A stretch of 64,000 bases of DNA from Camelus ferus (lineage: Eukaryota): positions 97,962,001-98,026,000 of the forward strand of contig NC_045696.1 in NCBI RefSeq assembly GCF_009834535.1. Direction: 5' to 3'. Positions 1 to 12,224 of the stretch are shown here, in pieces. The stretch's first letter is position 1. Each line of letters begins with the position of its first letter. A program made the translations under genes and the position numbers. Under the pieces are notes generated by a model. The model had not been told where the DNA came from and ran no database searches. It was given only the letters and a program-made list of their open reading frames with translations.

Positions 1-520
1 AATACCAGGCTGAGCCAGGGCAGGTAAGGGCCTTCCCTGTTAGGCAGATTCTTGTTGGCCAGGCTGAGGAGAGGCTCCACGGGGCTTGCAGCACTTGTGC
101 TTGGCAGGAGGAAGATACACACAAGGACAGAGAAGTGAAAACCAGGTTAATGATTTTATTCCAGAAAAAAACTAGAAAAGAGTACAGAGGAGACCTCAAG
201 TTGAGCGGAGAGGAGGGGACTTCCATTTAAGAAGACGCCCTAAGTCTCCAGCTCCCTCTGGGCTAGCTCCCTGATGTGAGGGAACTGAAGGAGGCCTGTA
301 GCAGGGCAAATCGCTGCCTCTTGGCTTGGAGGAGAGGGTGTCAGAGGGATGATTTTCCCCTGGGGATGGCATGTGGTTTTTAAGTTCCCGAGGGATTTCC
401 ACACCTTGAGAAAATCTTCCCAAATAAAGAAGGTCTTTGTTACTGTTTCTCTGGCCTATCCAAGGATCCAAGCTGCGTCCTTTCCAGTATCGGGGTGACA
501 GAGAAAGGACAGATAAAGGT

Positions 521-611
521 GTTTTGTTGTTTAAATGGAATTACTGGGGCTTCAACTGAGGACCTCATAAATGCTAGGCATGCACTCTACCACTGAGCTA
601 CACCCTCTCCC
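521..611 (-). mobile_element. tRNA-derived SINE (Vic-1-like)
   Basis: Reverse complement GGGAGAGGGTGTAGCTCAGTGGTAGAGTGCATGCCTAGC...GAGGTCCTCAGTTGAAGCCCC, then an A-rich tail. Confidence 0.85.
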
Positions 612-1932
612 ATTACTTATATTTTATACTTAGTGGACGTGTGTACTAGTCACTTTTGTTTTTACGTGTATAAGTGTCTAGCACATACAGCCTATAATTC
701 CCAGCCTGAAGCCAGGAACTCCTGCCAAAGGTAATAATACTTATTCACCTATATTTGGAATAAAAAAATTAAACATAGTCCCTCAATTAAAATATACAGC
801 TTTAACAAAGCTTTTAAAAATTAATTTTACTCAAAATATGTCATTTCAAGTTTGTTAAAGTTAGTAAGAAACTCTTGGTTAAAAACCTGAATAAACAAAT
901 CAAGTTTTAGACAATCTTTCAATGATAAAGGAGTTCTTGGGGAAAGACTGAAACCTATTCTCTTTGGTACTTAGTAAAAATTTTAAAATATATATATCTG
1001 TTAGTTACTAACACTTCTTTCCTATCTGCAAATTTTCTTTCCAATACTGTTTATTTGAAAACAGTGTATAGTGATTTATCTCTTATCAGAAGTATCAAAA
1101 GGAGCTCCTCTTAGAATACCAGGCTGTGTTTTTCATCCTTTAAAAAAAAATCTGCATTTTGTGGGTAAAAAAATGTATGTCTTGTCCTTTTAATTATCTT
1201 TCTTTCTACATATTTATAATGTAGCCAACTCTATTTTTCCTGATAAGCTCCAGTTTTTGGAATATTTACAGCCAACTTTGTTGCCTTTGGTATGCTAACC
1301 TAGGTCCTCAATGCTTTAACGTTCATCTGGGGGTGCATCTTACCTTATTTCTCTTTGACCAAACACCTCACCTAAAAATATTTGAGAAATGAAAATTTTA
1401 TTTGTAAATATTACAAAGTTAGCAGTGCAAGCAGAATATTAATACAGTCTGATCCTAAAACTTCATCTGTTTATGAACTTGAATCTCTTGGAGTTTCTAA
1501 TTCTGTTAGATCAGGAAATTAAATTGCTCTAAAAATCTACTTGAATGCTTTCTTAATTTTTCAAATTTAAGAAATACATTTGATTGTTTTTAAGAGTTTT
1601 TTTTTAACTTTCTAAAAGACTATTTGAAGTGGCAAGTTAAACCTTAATTTTAGGATTAGCATAGGGCATAGCTGTAAGATACAATAGTTTGGTAAGTTGT
1701 GATGCTGACTAAAAACTGATTTGCTAATACAATATAGTTTCTCACATTAAAAAATAGTGTTTTTGATCATATCAAATGTGAATTTTTAAAAATATGCATT
1801 TAGATTTAAAAGCTTTTAATTTTCTAGTCATAAAGGAGGCAGAAAAATGTTCATCACTCCTTATAGTATTCATTAAAATAAAAAGCACTTTGACCATGGC
1901 CATGACAAGAACCCTAAATAATTTCATGAATC

Positions 1933-2383
1933 TGTTAAAAAACAAAATTCAGCCCAATAAATGTGAAGATCTAATAGACTTTATTCAACAATTCGTGAAT
2001 CCAGCAGCATCTCATCTAGCAACCAGAAGAGTGCTCAGAGGGGTTGTACAAAATGGAAGGTTTTTATGGGAAGAATGGTGGGGTGGCAGGGGAGCTAGTA
2101 GCAAAAGAAAAGAAAGGATTATTTTTAGGCCAGGACATCATTTTGGGGGGTGGGGTGGGTAGGTAACTGCAGGGTTTTGTCATGCAGATTGCCTCTTCTC
2201 CTCTGGGGGAGAGATGGATTGATTTAGAGAGCTTTACTCGTGTTTGACCAGAAAATTCTGGACTGGTCAATTAAGATTATATTTCTGGGAGAGGTTGAAA
2301 GATCAGGTATTAAGTCTAAGTTTGGTATCTTGTGCTTTTAGCATGAGTGATGCCATCTTGGGACCGTGGTTTTCTTTTTAACC
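1933..2383 (-). mobile_element. Solo LTR, ERV1-class (MER41-like)
   Basis: ~450 bp bounded by inverted termini TGTTAAAA ... TTTTAAC(C); AATAAA on the - strand near 1980; TSD not evident. Confidence 0.6.
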
Positions 2384-4116
2384 GCCCAGAGTGGTGCTTT
2401 TCTGAAGCTGAGACAAGCATCCTGGACAGGAAACAGAGAAGAGGACAGATCCCAGACAGGCTTAATGCTTCAGCAACTCTGGTCTTCTGGCACGTAGGAG
2501 CACACAGTGAGCCAAGGCCTAAAGGAGGAGGAAACAGTTATCTCCTGGGAAAGGCCTCTGTAATCTGGAACACTGTAGATTTCTCAGAGTGGGAGTTGGG
2601 ATCAGAGCGTCTTCTGGTTCTTGATGAAACACTTCAGTCTGTTTCAAGGACTTGCACCTGGGAAAATGACTGGCTTTTGGAAACAGTGTTATTCTGGTAT
2701 TTAGGAACAAATTGCTGATGAGCACAAGGAAATCAGCCTCAATTAACTATATTCTTTGTTAAATGCTGGAAGACTCATTAGATAATAACTCTATTACAAC
2801 AATAATAGTAATAATAAGAGCATTTATTGAGTGCGTACTTCAAGGCAGGCACCCGATATGCATTACATTATTAAAAAGAATTTTACTTGGCATTCATTTT
2901 ACATTACTTCCTCTATCCTGTCAGCTGTTATTCTGCCCATGAATCTGCCCCAGAATCTGTAGGGGTCCCAATTAAGAGTAAGAAAATTCAGTCATAAATA
3001 AGTTACAAAAGATTTTATTTTCTATCATTTCCTCTGCCTTGTCTTATTTTTTAAAATGCATCAGAAATACTGTATCAGTGTTAACTTCCTGCTTTTAATA
3101 CTGTGATTATGTATGTTGTTAAATGGGGTAAGAGATGTGAGGGAACTTTTTCTACTAATTTTGCAACTTTTCTGTAAGTTTAAAATGAAAACAGAAAGTT
3201 GGAAAAATGGTAATTTCTTTACTACAATTTAGTTTGTATCTTTTATTATTTTCTTATAGCAAAAAACCAATACATGTTCAATATAGAGAACATTTTACAT
3301 GCATATAAGCAAAAAGAAGAAAATGTAAATCCCCTAATTCAACCAACTAGAGGCATCTGCTATAAATATCTAGATGTAAATTCATTGAGATGTGTGTGTA
3401 TATGGATGTATAGCATGTATTAATTTCAACTACTGACTGTTTGCAAAGGTAAAACTTTATTTTATTTTTATTGAATAATTTGTCTTAAACCTTCAGTTTG
3501 CCTAGTGGGAGGTATCTTACTTTAGTCACTTCCAGGTAGTTCATTCATTTTAAAACTTCAGTTAAAATCAGGTTTCAAATTCAGTCTTCTTTCTCTTACC
3601 TTTTAGGGTCTTAGGTTTGGACTTTACTTCATCTTCTGCAGGCACCCCCTGCTGATATAACTCAACCCACCTCATCTTTAGTCACCAGGCTCCTATTGGG
3701 CTTGCTAGAACCATGATCTAGTGAAGATCTGCAGCCTTCACAGTATTGGAGACTCACCAAGGACTCTTGTAGGATTTCCAGAATTGCCCTTGTGCCCTTA
3801 ACAGAGCCACTTCATTAGCTTTTACTTCTCTACTGCCCTAGCACATTTCTCATCTCTGAGCCTCTCTCTAAGATCTGCAGAATCTAGAGGCCACTCCCTG
3901 GAAAACAAGGCACAGCTTCCTTTTCTTATAGGATCTCCAGAAACTTTTGCTAGGCAGTCTATCATCCCTCGCTTTGTGGTGTTTGGCCCAGGGTGATGGC
4001 ATTCCAGGCCCTTTCTCTAAGATCCACTTAGATATTTACTTTGTGAACTCTCCTAAGTCATTTCAAAAATCTCTTCTATTGAACTTTGTCTCTCTCTCCT
4101 TTTGGATGAATGAAGC

Positions 4117-4141
4117 AAAAAAAAAAAAAAAAAAAAAAAAA
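4117..4141. repeat. Poly(A) run, ~25 nt
   Basis: Read directly. Confidence 0.9.
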
Positions 4142-4619
4142 CCCAAGTTCTTACAACATCATATACTCTTCTAGAATCTATTAGCTATGACATAAACTTA
4201 GAAGTTTTTGTATTGAAGCCAGACTTGGAAATTCAGATTCTTATTTTCTTTACCTAGGGCTTCAAAATTTTATTTTGTTAATAACAAACTATAAAAGAAC
4301 ATTTTTTGAGACAGTTGTAAAAATTGGATTACAAACTAGTTACTAAAAGACATCAAGGATTGGTTTATTATTAACTTTGCTGCATGTGAGAATGGCCTTC
4401 TTCTTGTGAATGTGGAGGTCATTATAGGAAGGGTGGGTTGGGAAGTGACAGGAATGGGAAGTAGGGGACAGATTATAAAAAGCCACACATGCCATTCTTT
4501 GATTTCATACTTAACAGCATCACACAGGGGAGTGACATATTTAATTTGCATGAAGTGGGGGAAAGGATGAGAAAGCTTGTTTGTAAGTGGGTGGCTGGAA
4601 TAATATTTTATTCTTTCCC

Positions 4620-4985
4620 CTCCCTTAGCACCCATATCCAAATTCATCAGCAAACACTTTTGGCCATCTTGGTTTCATCACTTCTGCATTCCGAGCTATC
4701 ATCTTTTACCTGGACACAATGGTTTCCTAATTATCAACTAAGCAGTCTCTCTGTTTCTGTTCTTGTTCCCTTTAATCCAGTCTCCACAGAGCTGCCAGAA
4801 TGAATTTTGTAAAAGCCTACTGCAGATCATCATTCTTCTTAAAACATTTGCTGGCTTTCTATTGCATTTAAAATAAAATACAAACTCTACTATAGACCAT
4901 AAATTTCTATGTACTCTGGCCCTTATCTTCCTCACTACTCTTTGTGACATTCTCCTTACACATCAGCGCAACACACAGGCCACTA
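4620..4985. mobile_element. L2 LINE fragment
   Basis: Degenerate L2 3' motifs (e.g. CTTAAAACATTTGCTGGCTTTCTATTGCATTTAAAATAAAAT). Confidence 0.65.
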
Positions 4986-5099
4986 TACAGTTCCCATTCT
5001 CTTCCTTCAGTTACAAATGTTCATTTTTCAGAAAACATCTTGTGTGATAGTTCTGAATTTGTAAGTGTTGTAACATTTAAATCTAACTAGCACAAATTG

Positions 5100-6100
5100 T
5101 ACTTTATTTTTCAAAATAAAAATAAGGAATGATTAAAGAGTGTCCAAGTTCAACTGCTAGATCTGAGATGTAAAATATTAACAAGATGGAAAAAATATGA
5201 CTTTAACAAATGTTTTCTTCATTCAATCCACATTCTTTAACCATGGGATGGTCTTTACTCATAGGTGTCAATTCTTGAAAGGGTCAGGGTTACATTTTGT
5301 ATTGTCATAGTTGAAATTTTATTTTCCAGTCTGGATGATCATGACTTCTTTATTAACTTTACACACAAAACATTTTCAATTTGGGCATTTTCTGGCATAT
5401 TTTCCAAGAACTTATTTAGATCTGGCACACCACAAATAGCCATCTGCCTCATAATACTTCCAGAAGAAAGTGAAATAACTACAATAATTTGAAATGCCAC
5501 ACTCTTCATCTTCCTCATCATCTTCCTTCTTTTGAGTGAAGTGAAGTGATAAGTACTGCAAATTCCATTTCTCATTCCACCGCAGGTTCATATTTACAGA
5601 TCGTGATAGTTTAATATAATGAACAAACAAATGCCTCTTGAAAAATTGTTTCATTGACCCACCTCTCATACTCCGCTGATGGAAGCGTAAAATGGACCGT
5701 TCAATGAAGTGCAGGGGTCAATACTGATCACATCCTCAAATACATTTCCTCTTTGAGCCTGCAATTCTCTTGACAGTTACCCTGAGCTTTAAGTGCAGGT
5801 CAGGGCCATCACCAGTTTCTCACCCTGGTGCCGCTGCTGCACCAGTTAAAAGGCTCCCAAGGTGCAGAGACCAGCCCTGCCAGCACCTGGGCTGCAGCCG
5901 GCCCACTCGTCCCCTCAAAGCCGAATTCTGAGTCTCCTCAGACTCAAAAGCCAGCAACGGAGCACTTAAGCACTTAGGAGGGCCTCCTACAGCTCCCCGA
6001 GGGAAACAAGCTTCTTCCCTCCCTGCAGAGACAGCCCCGTGCCCTCAGGGGACTTTGGGAGGGCTTCCAGCGGTCACCAACCGAGCTCTTGTGCTCTCAT
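5100..6100 (-). pseudogene. Probable processed pseudogene (retrocopy) of an unidentified gene
   Basis: Read on the - strand it has a GC-rich 5' part, then purine-rich codon-like sequence with broken frames (KKEDDEEDEE; MAICGVPDLNKFLENMPENAQIENVLCVKL; KDHPWLKNVD*), then an AT-rich tail with AATAAA near 5103-5108. No introns; no poly(A) tail or TSD seen. Confidence 0.5.
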
Positions 6101-6429
6101 CACATTTAATGGCTTTCTTCTGGTAGAAATGAAAAATTTCCCTTAAAAAACAGAGGGAGGGGGGACTCCGTAACTCTAAATTGCAATTAAGCCCTCTAAA
6201 GCTGGTGTGTCTCGTTGATTCGCTAGTGGAGCTTAAAATGAATATTTTGAGGGCAGCTACCTTGTTTCACCACAGGAAACGAACTAAAGGGTCTCGCTGG
6301 TAGTTCCAGGGCTCGTAAAGCGCGTAGTTTATTCAGTGCAAGATCCTACTACACGTCACATCAGATGAAGATTAAATTAGAGGCTGGATGGCGTAGGGTC
6401 TCAGGAAAGGGGCTTAGGTTTAGGGCTTG

Positions 6430-7230
6430 ACGGAAACAGTGGAATGGAGAGTCGTTATCCCGTTTGAGGAAGGGAATCTGAGAGAATCGCTGACACAGCG
6501 GGCACCGCAGTCGAGCTCGCGGGGCCGCGTGGTTTTCCCGCGCGCCTGTCTCCGGGGCTGGGAAGAACCCGGATGGAACCGCCCCTGCAGCCGGGACCCC
6601 CCACAGTCTTTGAATCTCTACGCGGGGAGGAGTTGCGCTCCTCTCAGTGCCCTGATTGGTTCGTCTCCGTAGGCCCTTCATCGGGATTGGACATTCCCAG
6701 TGCCAGTCACAAAGCGTCGCTCGTCTCTCAGATTGTTGCTGGAAGGAGACGGCGTCGACGTCTGACTGGCCTCGCGGCGTCTTGCCTTTCAGCAGCGCGT
6801 TCTTAGTTCTGCGCTCGGAATCCGTCCCCGGCTTCTCGGCGGTGGTGCCTGGAAGGAGGTGTATCGAGGCGGCTCGATAACGATTCCGGGAGCCCAGGCG
6901 TTCCCCTCGTCACCCACTCAGCGCCATGTCCTGGATGTTCAAGAGGTGAAGGGGCGAAGGGGGTGGGGCGCCGGGGATAACGGCCCCGCGGCGTCCCCAA
7001 ATGAACCTGACCTTCCCCGCGTTTCCTTCGCGTTCCCTCTGCGATCTCTGCAGCTGGTGTTCGTCCGGCTGGCGGCTCCTGTAGCCGCGGGGGAAATAAA
7101 CGCGTAGTCTTGGCTGGTGCGGGGAGGCTCCTCTCGCTCCTCTGGTGCCAGGGTCTCGGGGAAATCTCTGACAAGGGCTGTGGGGGTCCTGGGGTCAAAG
7201 CTCCAACCCTTAGCCAGGATCGCGTCCTTT
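6430..7230. promoter_or_regulatory. CpG island / HLTF promoter and first exon
   Basis: Sharp rise in GC and CpG density against an AT-rich, CpG-poor background. Contains E2F-like TTTCCCGC (6534-6541), two inverted CCAAT boxes (ATTGG at 6655 and 6686) and the start context GCGCCATG. Confidence 0.9.
6926..6945 (+). CDS. HLTF: HLTF coding exon 1 (MSWMFKR)
   Basis: gcgccATG TCC TGG ATG TTC AAG AG|gtgaag; 20 nt. Confidence 0.95.
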
Positions 7231-8131
7231 GCTTTTCCCCACAAAACACGTATTAGATACCCAGTGTGAGCTGGGCGTTGTGCTCGGCATAAAGGGCTGG
7301 GTAAGACAGCTCCTGTCCCCAGGTAGCTCACAGTTGATGTGCTTGCGCCGACATGCAAAATAATACATTTGCAGAAAAGCCAAAAGCGGTATTCGAGACG
7401 TGCCGGAAAATGCAGGGGAGATAGCTTCTATCCGTCCTTAGGAGAGTAGAAGCTTCCTGGAAGCCCTCCCAGCCGACTTCCTCTTACTTTTCGTTGTCCA
7501 AATTGATTCATGTACCCGTTCAGGAAACAGTTATCCATCAGGGGATTGAGGGAGCCCTTAAACAGTTATATGTCGGGATTGAGGGAGTGGGAGGATTGAG
7601 GTCAACTTCCCATGGTGGCATGGTTGGGATACCTGAATAAAATATGGGTTTTTCTGTTCGAAGGGAATTAAGGTAATGATGCTAAATTTGTATTTGTAAG
7701 GATATAAATGGCTTCATGTTTTAAAAAATTCTATATTTGCAAGTCTCTTCTAGCTCAATGTCTGTTGAAATTTTGGCATATAATTAGTTACACACATCGC
7801 ATAGCATTTCAATTTAAGTAGGTGATCATCACTGGGAAAGAGATTTGTAACCCCTTATTGGGGTTTTCACTTTCTGTGGGTAGAAGAGACATTATTCAAC
7901 AAGTAGGGTTTCTAGAAGCCTCCACTCACTCCATTCTCTGCTTTAATTAAGTAGAGTCTAATAGGAACTCGATTCAAATTTTTACATAATACACCCACAT
8001 AAGATTTAATTTGTTGAAATGAAGTGTGAGAAAGCAATTGGCTTTAAATATGGTATAGTCTTAGAGAAATACTTGATTAAATATTGTATTGTCTTTCTGT
8101 CCCCCTCCCCCCCTTTTTTTAAATTAAATAG

Positions 8132-8339
8132 AGATCCTGTTTGGAAGTACTTGCAGACTGTCCAGTACGGAATCCATGGAAATTTTCCACGCCTTTCATA
8201 TCCAACTTTCTTTCCCCGTTTTGAATTCCAAGATATTATTCCTCCAGATGACTTCCTAACTAGTGATGAAGAGCTTGATTCAGTTTTATTTGGAACTTTG
8301 AGAGGTCATGTAGTTGGTCTACGCTATTACACAGGAGTA
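8132..8339 (+). CDS. HLTF: HLTF exon 2 (DPVWKYLQ...LRYYTGV), start of HIRAN
   Basis: tag|A GAT CCT ... GGA GTA|gtgagt; 208 nt. Confidence 0.97.
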
Positions 8340-8489
8340 GTGAGTATAACATTAGATATTAAGTTAATGTGATGTGATATGTTACTAGCCTAGAAAATAA
8401 GATAATTTATACAGTTAATATTTATTTTACATTAAGTAATTGAAATATATCTGAGCAAGAGATAACAAATGCCTAACTACTCATCTTAT

Positions 8490-8720
8490 TTTACCTTTAT
8501 ATCATGGTTACAATATACAAAGCACTTGTATCTGTATAGTGTCATTTGATCACTCACTACAGTGTCTCTGAGGTAGATAAGACATCTGTTATCCCCTTCT
8601 AGAACTGAAGAACTGAAGCTTAGGAAAGTTAAATGATTTGCCCAAAAAACAGATACTGTGTGGTACATTTGCAAAATGACTTCCAAGTCAGTCCATTGCT
8701 TTCTCCTCTTATGTCCTTCA
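8490..8720 (-). mobile_element. MIR SINE
   Basis: MIR core GAACTGAAGCTTAGGAAAGTTAAATGATTTGCCCAA. Confidence 0.75.
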
Positions 8721-9267
8721 GCACATTTCTGCACTTTAATATTTTTAATTTAGGAAGATCAACTCCTGCTAGATAAGAGATTGTCTATTTTTAGGACCTT
8801 TTTATTTTCTTTCTATAGGAAGACTGTCTCCCATTTTTTCTTCCCGTATTTATCTTTCTCTGTCTCTGTTCTCCGCAGTGTGTATGTGTGTGCTTGAGTG
8901 TGAGAACAGAGACAGAAAGCAATTGTCTTTGTTAAGGTTGTCTAGTGTGCCTCTGCATTATCTGGATGATATCTCTCTAGTTTTATATTTTTAATTATGA
9001 AAAATTTCAAACATGTATAAAAGAATAATATAATAAACTTACATATACCCATGATCCAGATTCAGCAGTTAACAAGTTTTTTGCACATTTGCTTCATTAC
9101 TTTTTCTGCTTTTCTTTTGTACTAAAAATTCCAACTGTATCACTTTATAACATTTAAGTGTGTATCTATAAAAAAATTCAGACATTTTCTTAGGTCATTA
9201 TTATACTTAACAAAATTAATAATAATTCCCTATTATAGCTGATAGCTTATCCATAATCAGTTTTCTT

Positions 9268-9361
9268 TCTTTTTTTAACTAAAGTACAGTCAATAACAGT
9301 GTATCAATTTCTGGTGTACAGCACAATGTCCCAGTCATGCATATACATACATGTATTTGAT
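9268..9361 (-). mobile_element. Extremely 5'-truncated L1 3' end with a perfect 15-bp TSD
   Basis: ATAATCAGTTTTCTT at 9253-9267 and 9362-9376; interior resembles the L1 3' termini at 11630 and 41660. Confidence 0.85.
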
Positions 9362-9400
9362 ATAATCAGTTTTCTTGATTGTTTAAAAATGTTTTTTTTA

Positions 9401-9534
9401 GGGAGAGGGTATAGCTTAAGTGGTAGAGCACCTGCTTAGCATGCATGAGGTCCTAGGTTTAGTCCCTAGTACCTCCATGAAAAACAAACAAACAAACCAA
9501 CCAACCTAATCCCCCCCCAAATCAAACAACAAAA
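9401..9534 (+). mobile_element. tRNA-derived SINE (Vic-1-like)
   Basis: GGGAGAGGGTATAGCTTAAGTGGTAGAGCACCTGCTTAGCATGCATGAGGTCCTAGGTTTAGTCCC, then (AAAC)n, CCTAAT-CCCC and an A-rich tail. Confidence 0.9.
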
Positions 9535-11596
9535 GTGTGTTTTTATAGTTAACTTGTTTTGATCCTGATTCAAAAAAATTAATAATATTACCCTTGGCTG
9601 TCAAGTCTCATAAGTCACCCACCTATCCTTTGTTTCTGGTCATTGATTTATTGCAGAAACTAGATATATTGTTCTGTGAAAAGTTGAATTTGTCAGGTCT
9701 TCCATTCCCCCATTTTTTTTTTTTTTATGTTGAAGCTTCTCAGATCATTTTTTGGTTTTCTAAAGCATGGTTTGCAGGAGATTCCTTGGGAAAGAATTCC
9801 ATGATCTAGATTTGTCTAGTCTTCTGTTTTCCTGTGTTTTCTTTATAATATCAGAGCGTCTAAGATTATTTTGTGATTGTCTGAAATGTGTTGAAGTGTG
9901 TTGTCTAGGGGATTCCTTTGAAAGGAACAATATTTCCTGAGTTTCTGTGTGTTTGTAATTGTGATACTTATGCTTCAAAGGCAGTTTGGTTGAATATGAA
10001 ATCCTTGACCCATATTTTCTCTCCATGAAATCTTGATGTTATATGAAATGTTGCTGGTTAAAATTCTGATAGCAATATGATTTCTCTCCAAAATAAGTGA
10101 ATTGAAATTTTTTGGCTTGGATAACTAAAGAATATTTTTCCTTATCTTAAAAGTATTATAGTTTCATTAGGTTATGTCTCAGTGTTGACTGTTCTGTAAC
10201 TTAATTTTCTTCTATTTCAGAAAAATTTCTTTAATTATTTTTAAACGTTTGCTTTGTTGTAAAGCTTGTTTTTCTTTTTCAGAGGACTAGATTCTACTCT
10301 TTGTTTTATATCTTCTCTGCATATATGTATGCCATTTTTATATGCCTATTAAGTCCTCTGAAATCTTTTAGATCATATTTTTCACTTTTCTATTTTTTAT
10401 CATATATTTCCCTTACCATGTTTTTTAAAAAATGAGATCTGTTCACTTCTGTGTTCTTTCTACTTTAGTCTTTAATTCTGAAAGTTTTTCTATTCTAATT
10501 TTTTCGTGGTGTCTATCAGTTCTTACTGAATTTATATATCCATCTGTTCTCTAGCTCTCATACTCACTTCTGAGCTTTCCTATTTTGGATTTGTGAAATT
10601 TTTTCAGAACTTAACATTATTTTTAAATTATTTTAAACTATTGTGAAATATTAGATCATGGTTGTTACTGATTTTAGAACAATCACTATTTGTTGGTCTT
10701 AGAATAATTTCCATGGCACTGGTAAGCTAGTAAAAATATGATGGGCTGATTAAAAGTAATCACTTAATTTTTTTATTTTTCAAAATATGTATTACTATTT
10801 TATAAGTAATACACATTTATTATTTTAAAATGGCTAAGAGAAAAAGCATTAAGTCTCCCTAAATCCACAACCACAACTTAACGCACTTTGTTATATCTTC
10901 TACACTTTACTCTGTGAACATATACATGTGAATTGAAATTATATTATGTATTAATAATAATGAGATTATATTGTGCCTTTTATAGTAGTCACCTTTTTTT
11001 AAAGTAAAATATTAGGAATATCTTTTCACGTCAATACAAATCTATATGGTACTTTTAATTTCCTTGTTGATGGGCATTTTGGAGTTGATCACTGATAAAA
11101 AGTATTGTAATAAAAATTGAGGTATTTATCTTTGCATACTTACTGTTTGCAACCTTTTCGGCTTTATTGAGATGTGATTGATATATATATTTATAAATGC
11201 ACACATTTTAAATATGTGATTTTAAGAGTTTTAACAAAGATATATACCTAATAATCAGCACTCCAGCCAAGATATAGATCATTTTTATCATCCCTGAAAG
11301 TTCTCTTGCATCCTGTTGTAATCATTCATCTTTGCCTTGCTCTAAGAACCACCAGTCTATTTTCTATCACTGTAGATTAGCCTTTCTAGAGTTTCATATA
11401 CATTGAATCATACACTATGTACTCTTTTAGTCTGGCTTCAAAGAGCTAGAAAGGAATATTTGTCTGATAATCTGGTTTATCAGGCCATAGTCTCTTGAGT
11501 CAGTAGACAGATACTGAGATAGGTTTAAAGCAGCTTTCCTGTGTCTTTTTCAGGCAATTAAAAAATTGAAGTAATTCACATACGATAAAAACCATT

Positions 11597-12222
11597 TTTT
11601 GGATGCTTTTTTATTAATGTGTATAAATATATTTTATTGAAGTATAGTCAATTTACACATCAATTCCTGGTATATAGCACAATGCTTCAGTCATATATGA
11701 ACATACATATATTTGTTTTCATATTCTTTTTCACCATAAGTTACTGTAAGATATTTAATATAGTTCCCTGTGCTGTACAGTATGAACTTGTTGTTTACCT
11801 ATTTCATGTATATTAGTTAACGTCTGTAAATCTTGAGCTCCTAATTTATCCCTTCCCTCCCCTTTCTCCCCTGGTAACCATAAGTTTGTTTTCTATGTCT
11901 GTGAGTCTGTTTCTGTTTTGTAAATAAGTTTGTTTCTCTCTCTTTTCTTTTTTTTTAAGATTGCACATATAAGTTATATCATATGGTATTTTTCTTTCTC
12001 CTTCTGGCTTACTTCACTTAGAATGACAATCTCCAGGTCCATCCATGTTGCTGCGAACTGCATTATTTTATTATTTTTTATGGCTGAGTAGTATTTCATT
12101 GTATAAATATACCACAGCTTCTTTACCCAGTCATCTGTTGATGGACATCTAGGTTGTTGCCATGTCTTGGCTGTTGTAAATAGTGCTACTATGAACATTG
12201 GGGTGCATGTATCTTTTTGAAA
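11597..12222 (-). mobile_element. 5'-truncated younger L1 (ORF2 C-terminus and 3' UTR) nested in an older L1 3' end
   Basis: ORF 11974-12234 (CTPMFIVALFTTAKTWQQPRCPSTDDW...ATWMDLEIVILSEV) is the L1 ORF2 C-terminus. ACCATT is repeated at both edges and the host element continues on both sides. Confidence 0.9.
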
Positions 12223-12224
12223 TT

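Noticed and set aside
136..500. Possible LTR (ends ...GGGGTGACA, - strand AATAAA near 160) and ORF 196-471
   Set aside because: I could not define the other terminus, a TSD or a family, and the ORF has no recognisable homology.
6361..7358. Several overlapping 70-150 aa ORFs on both strands around the promoter
   Set aside because: Expected from stop-codon scarcity in a GC-rich CpG island; no recognisable domains. Only 6926-6945 is supported as coding.
9401..9480. tRNA-Ala-like genes at 521-611, 9401, 31307 and 55975-56047
   Set aside because: Degenerate stems, A-rich tails and TSD-like flanks mark them as SINE heads, not tRNA genes.
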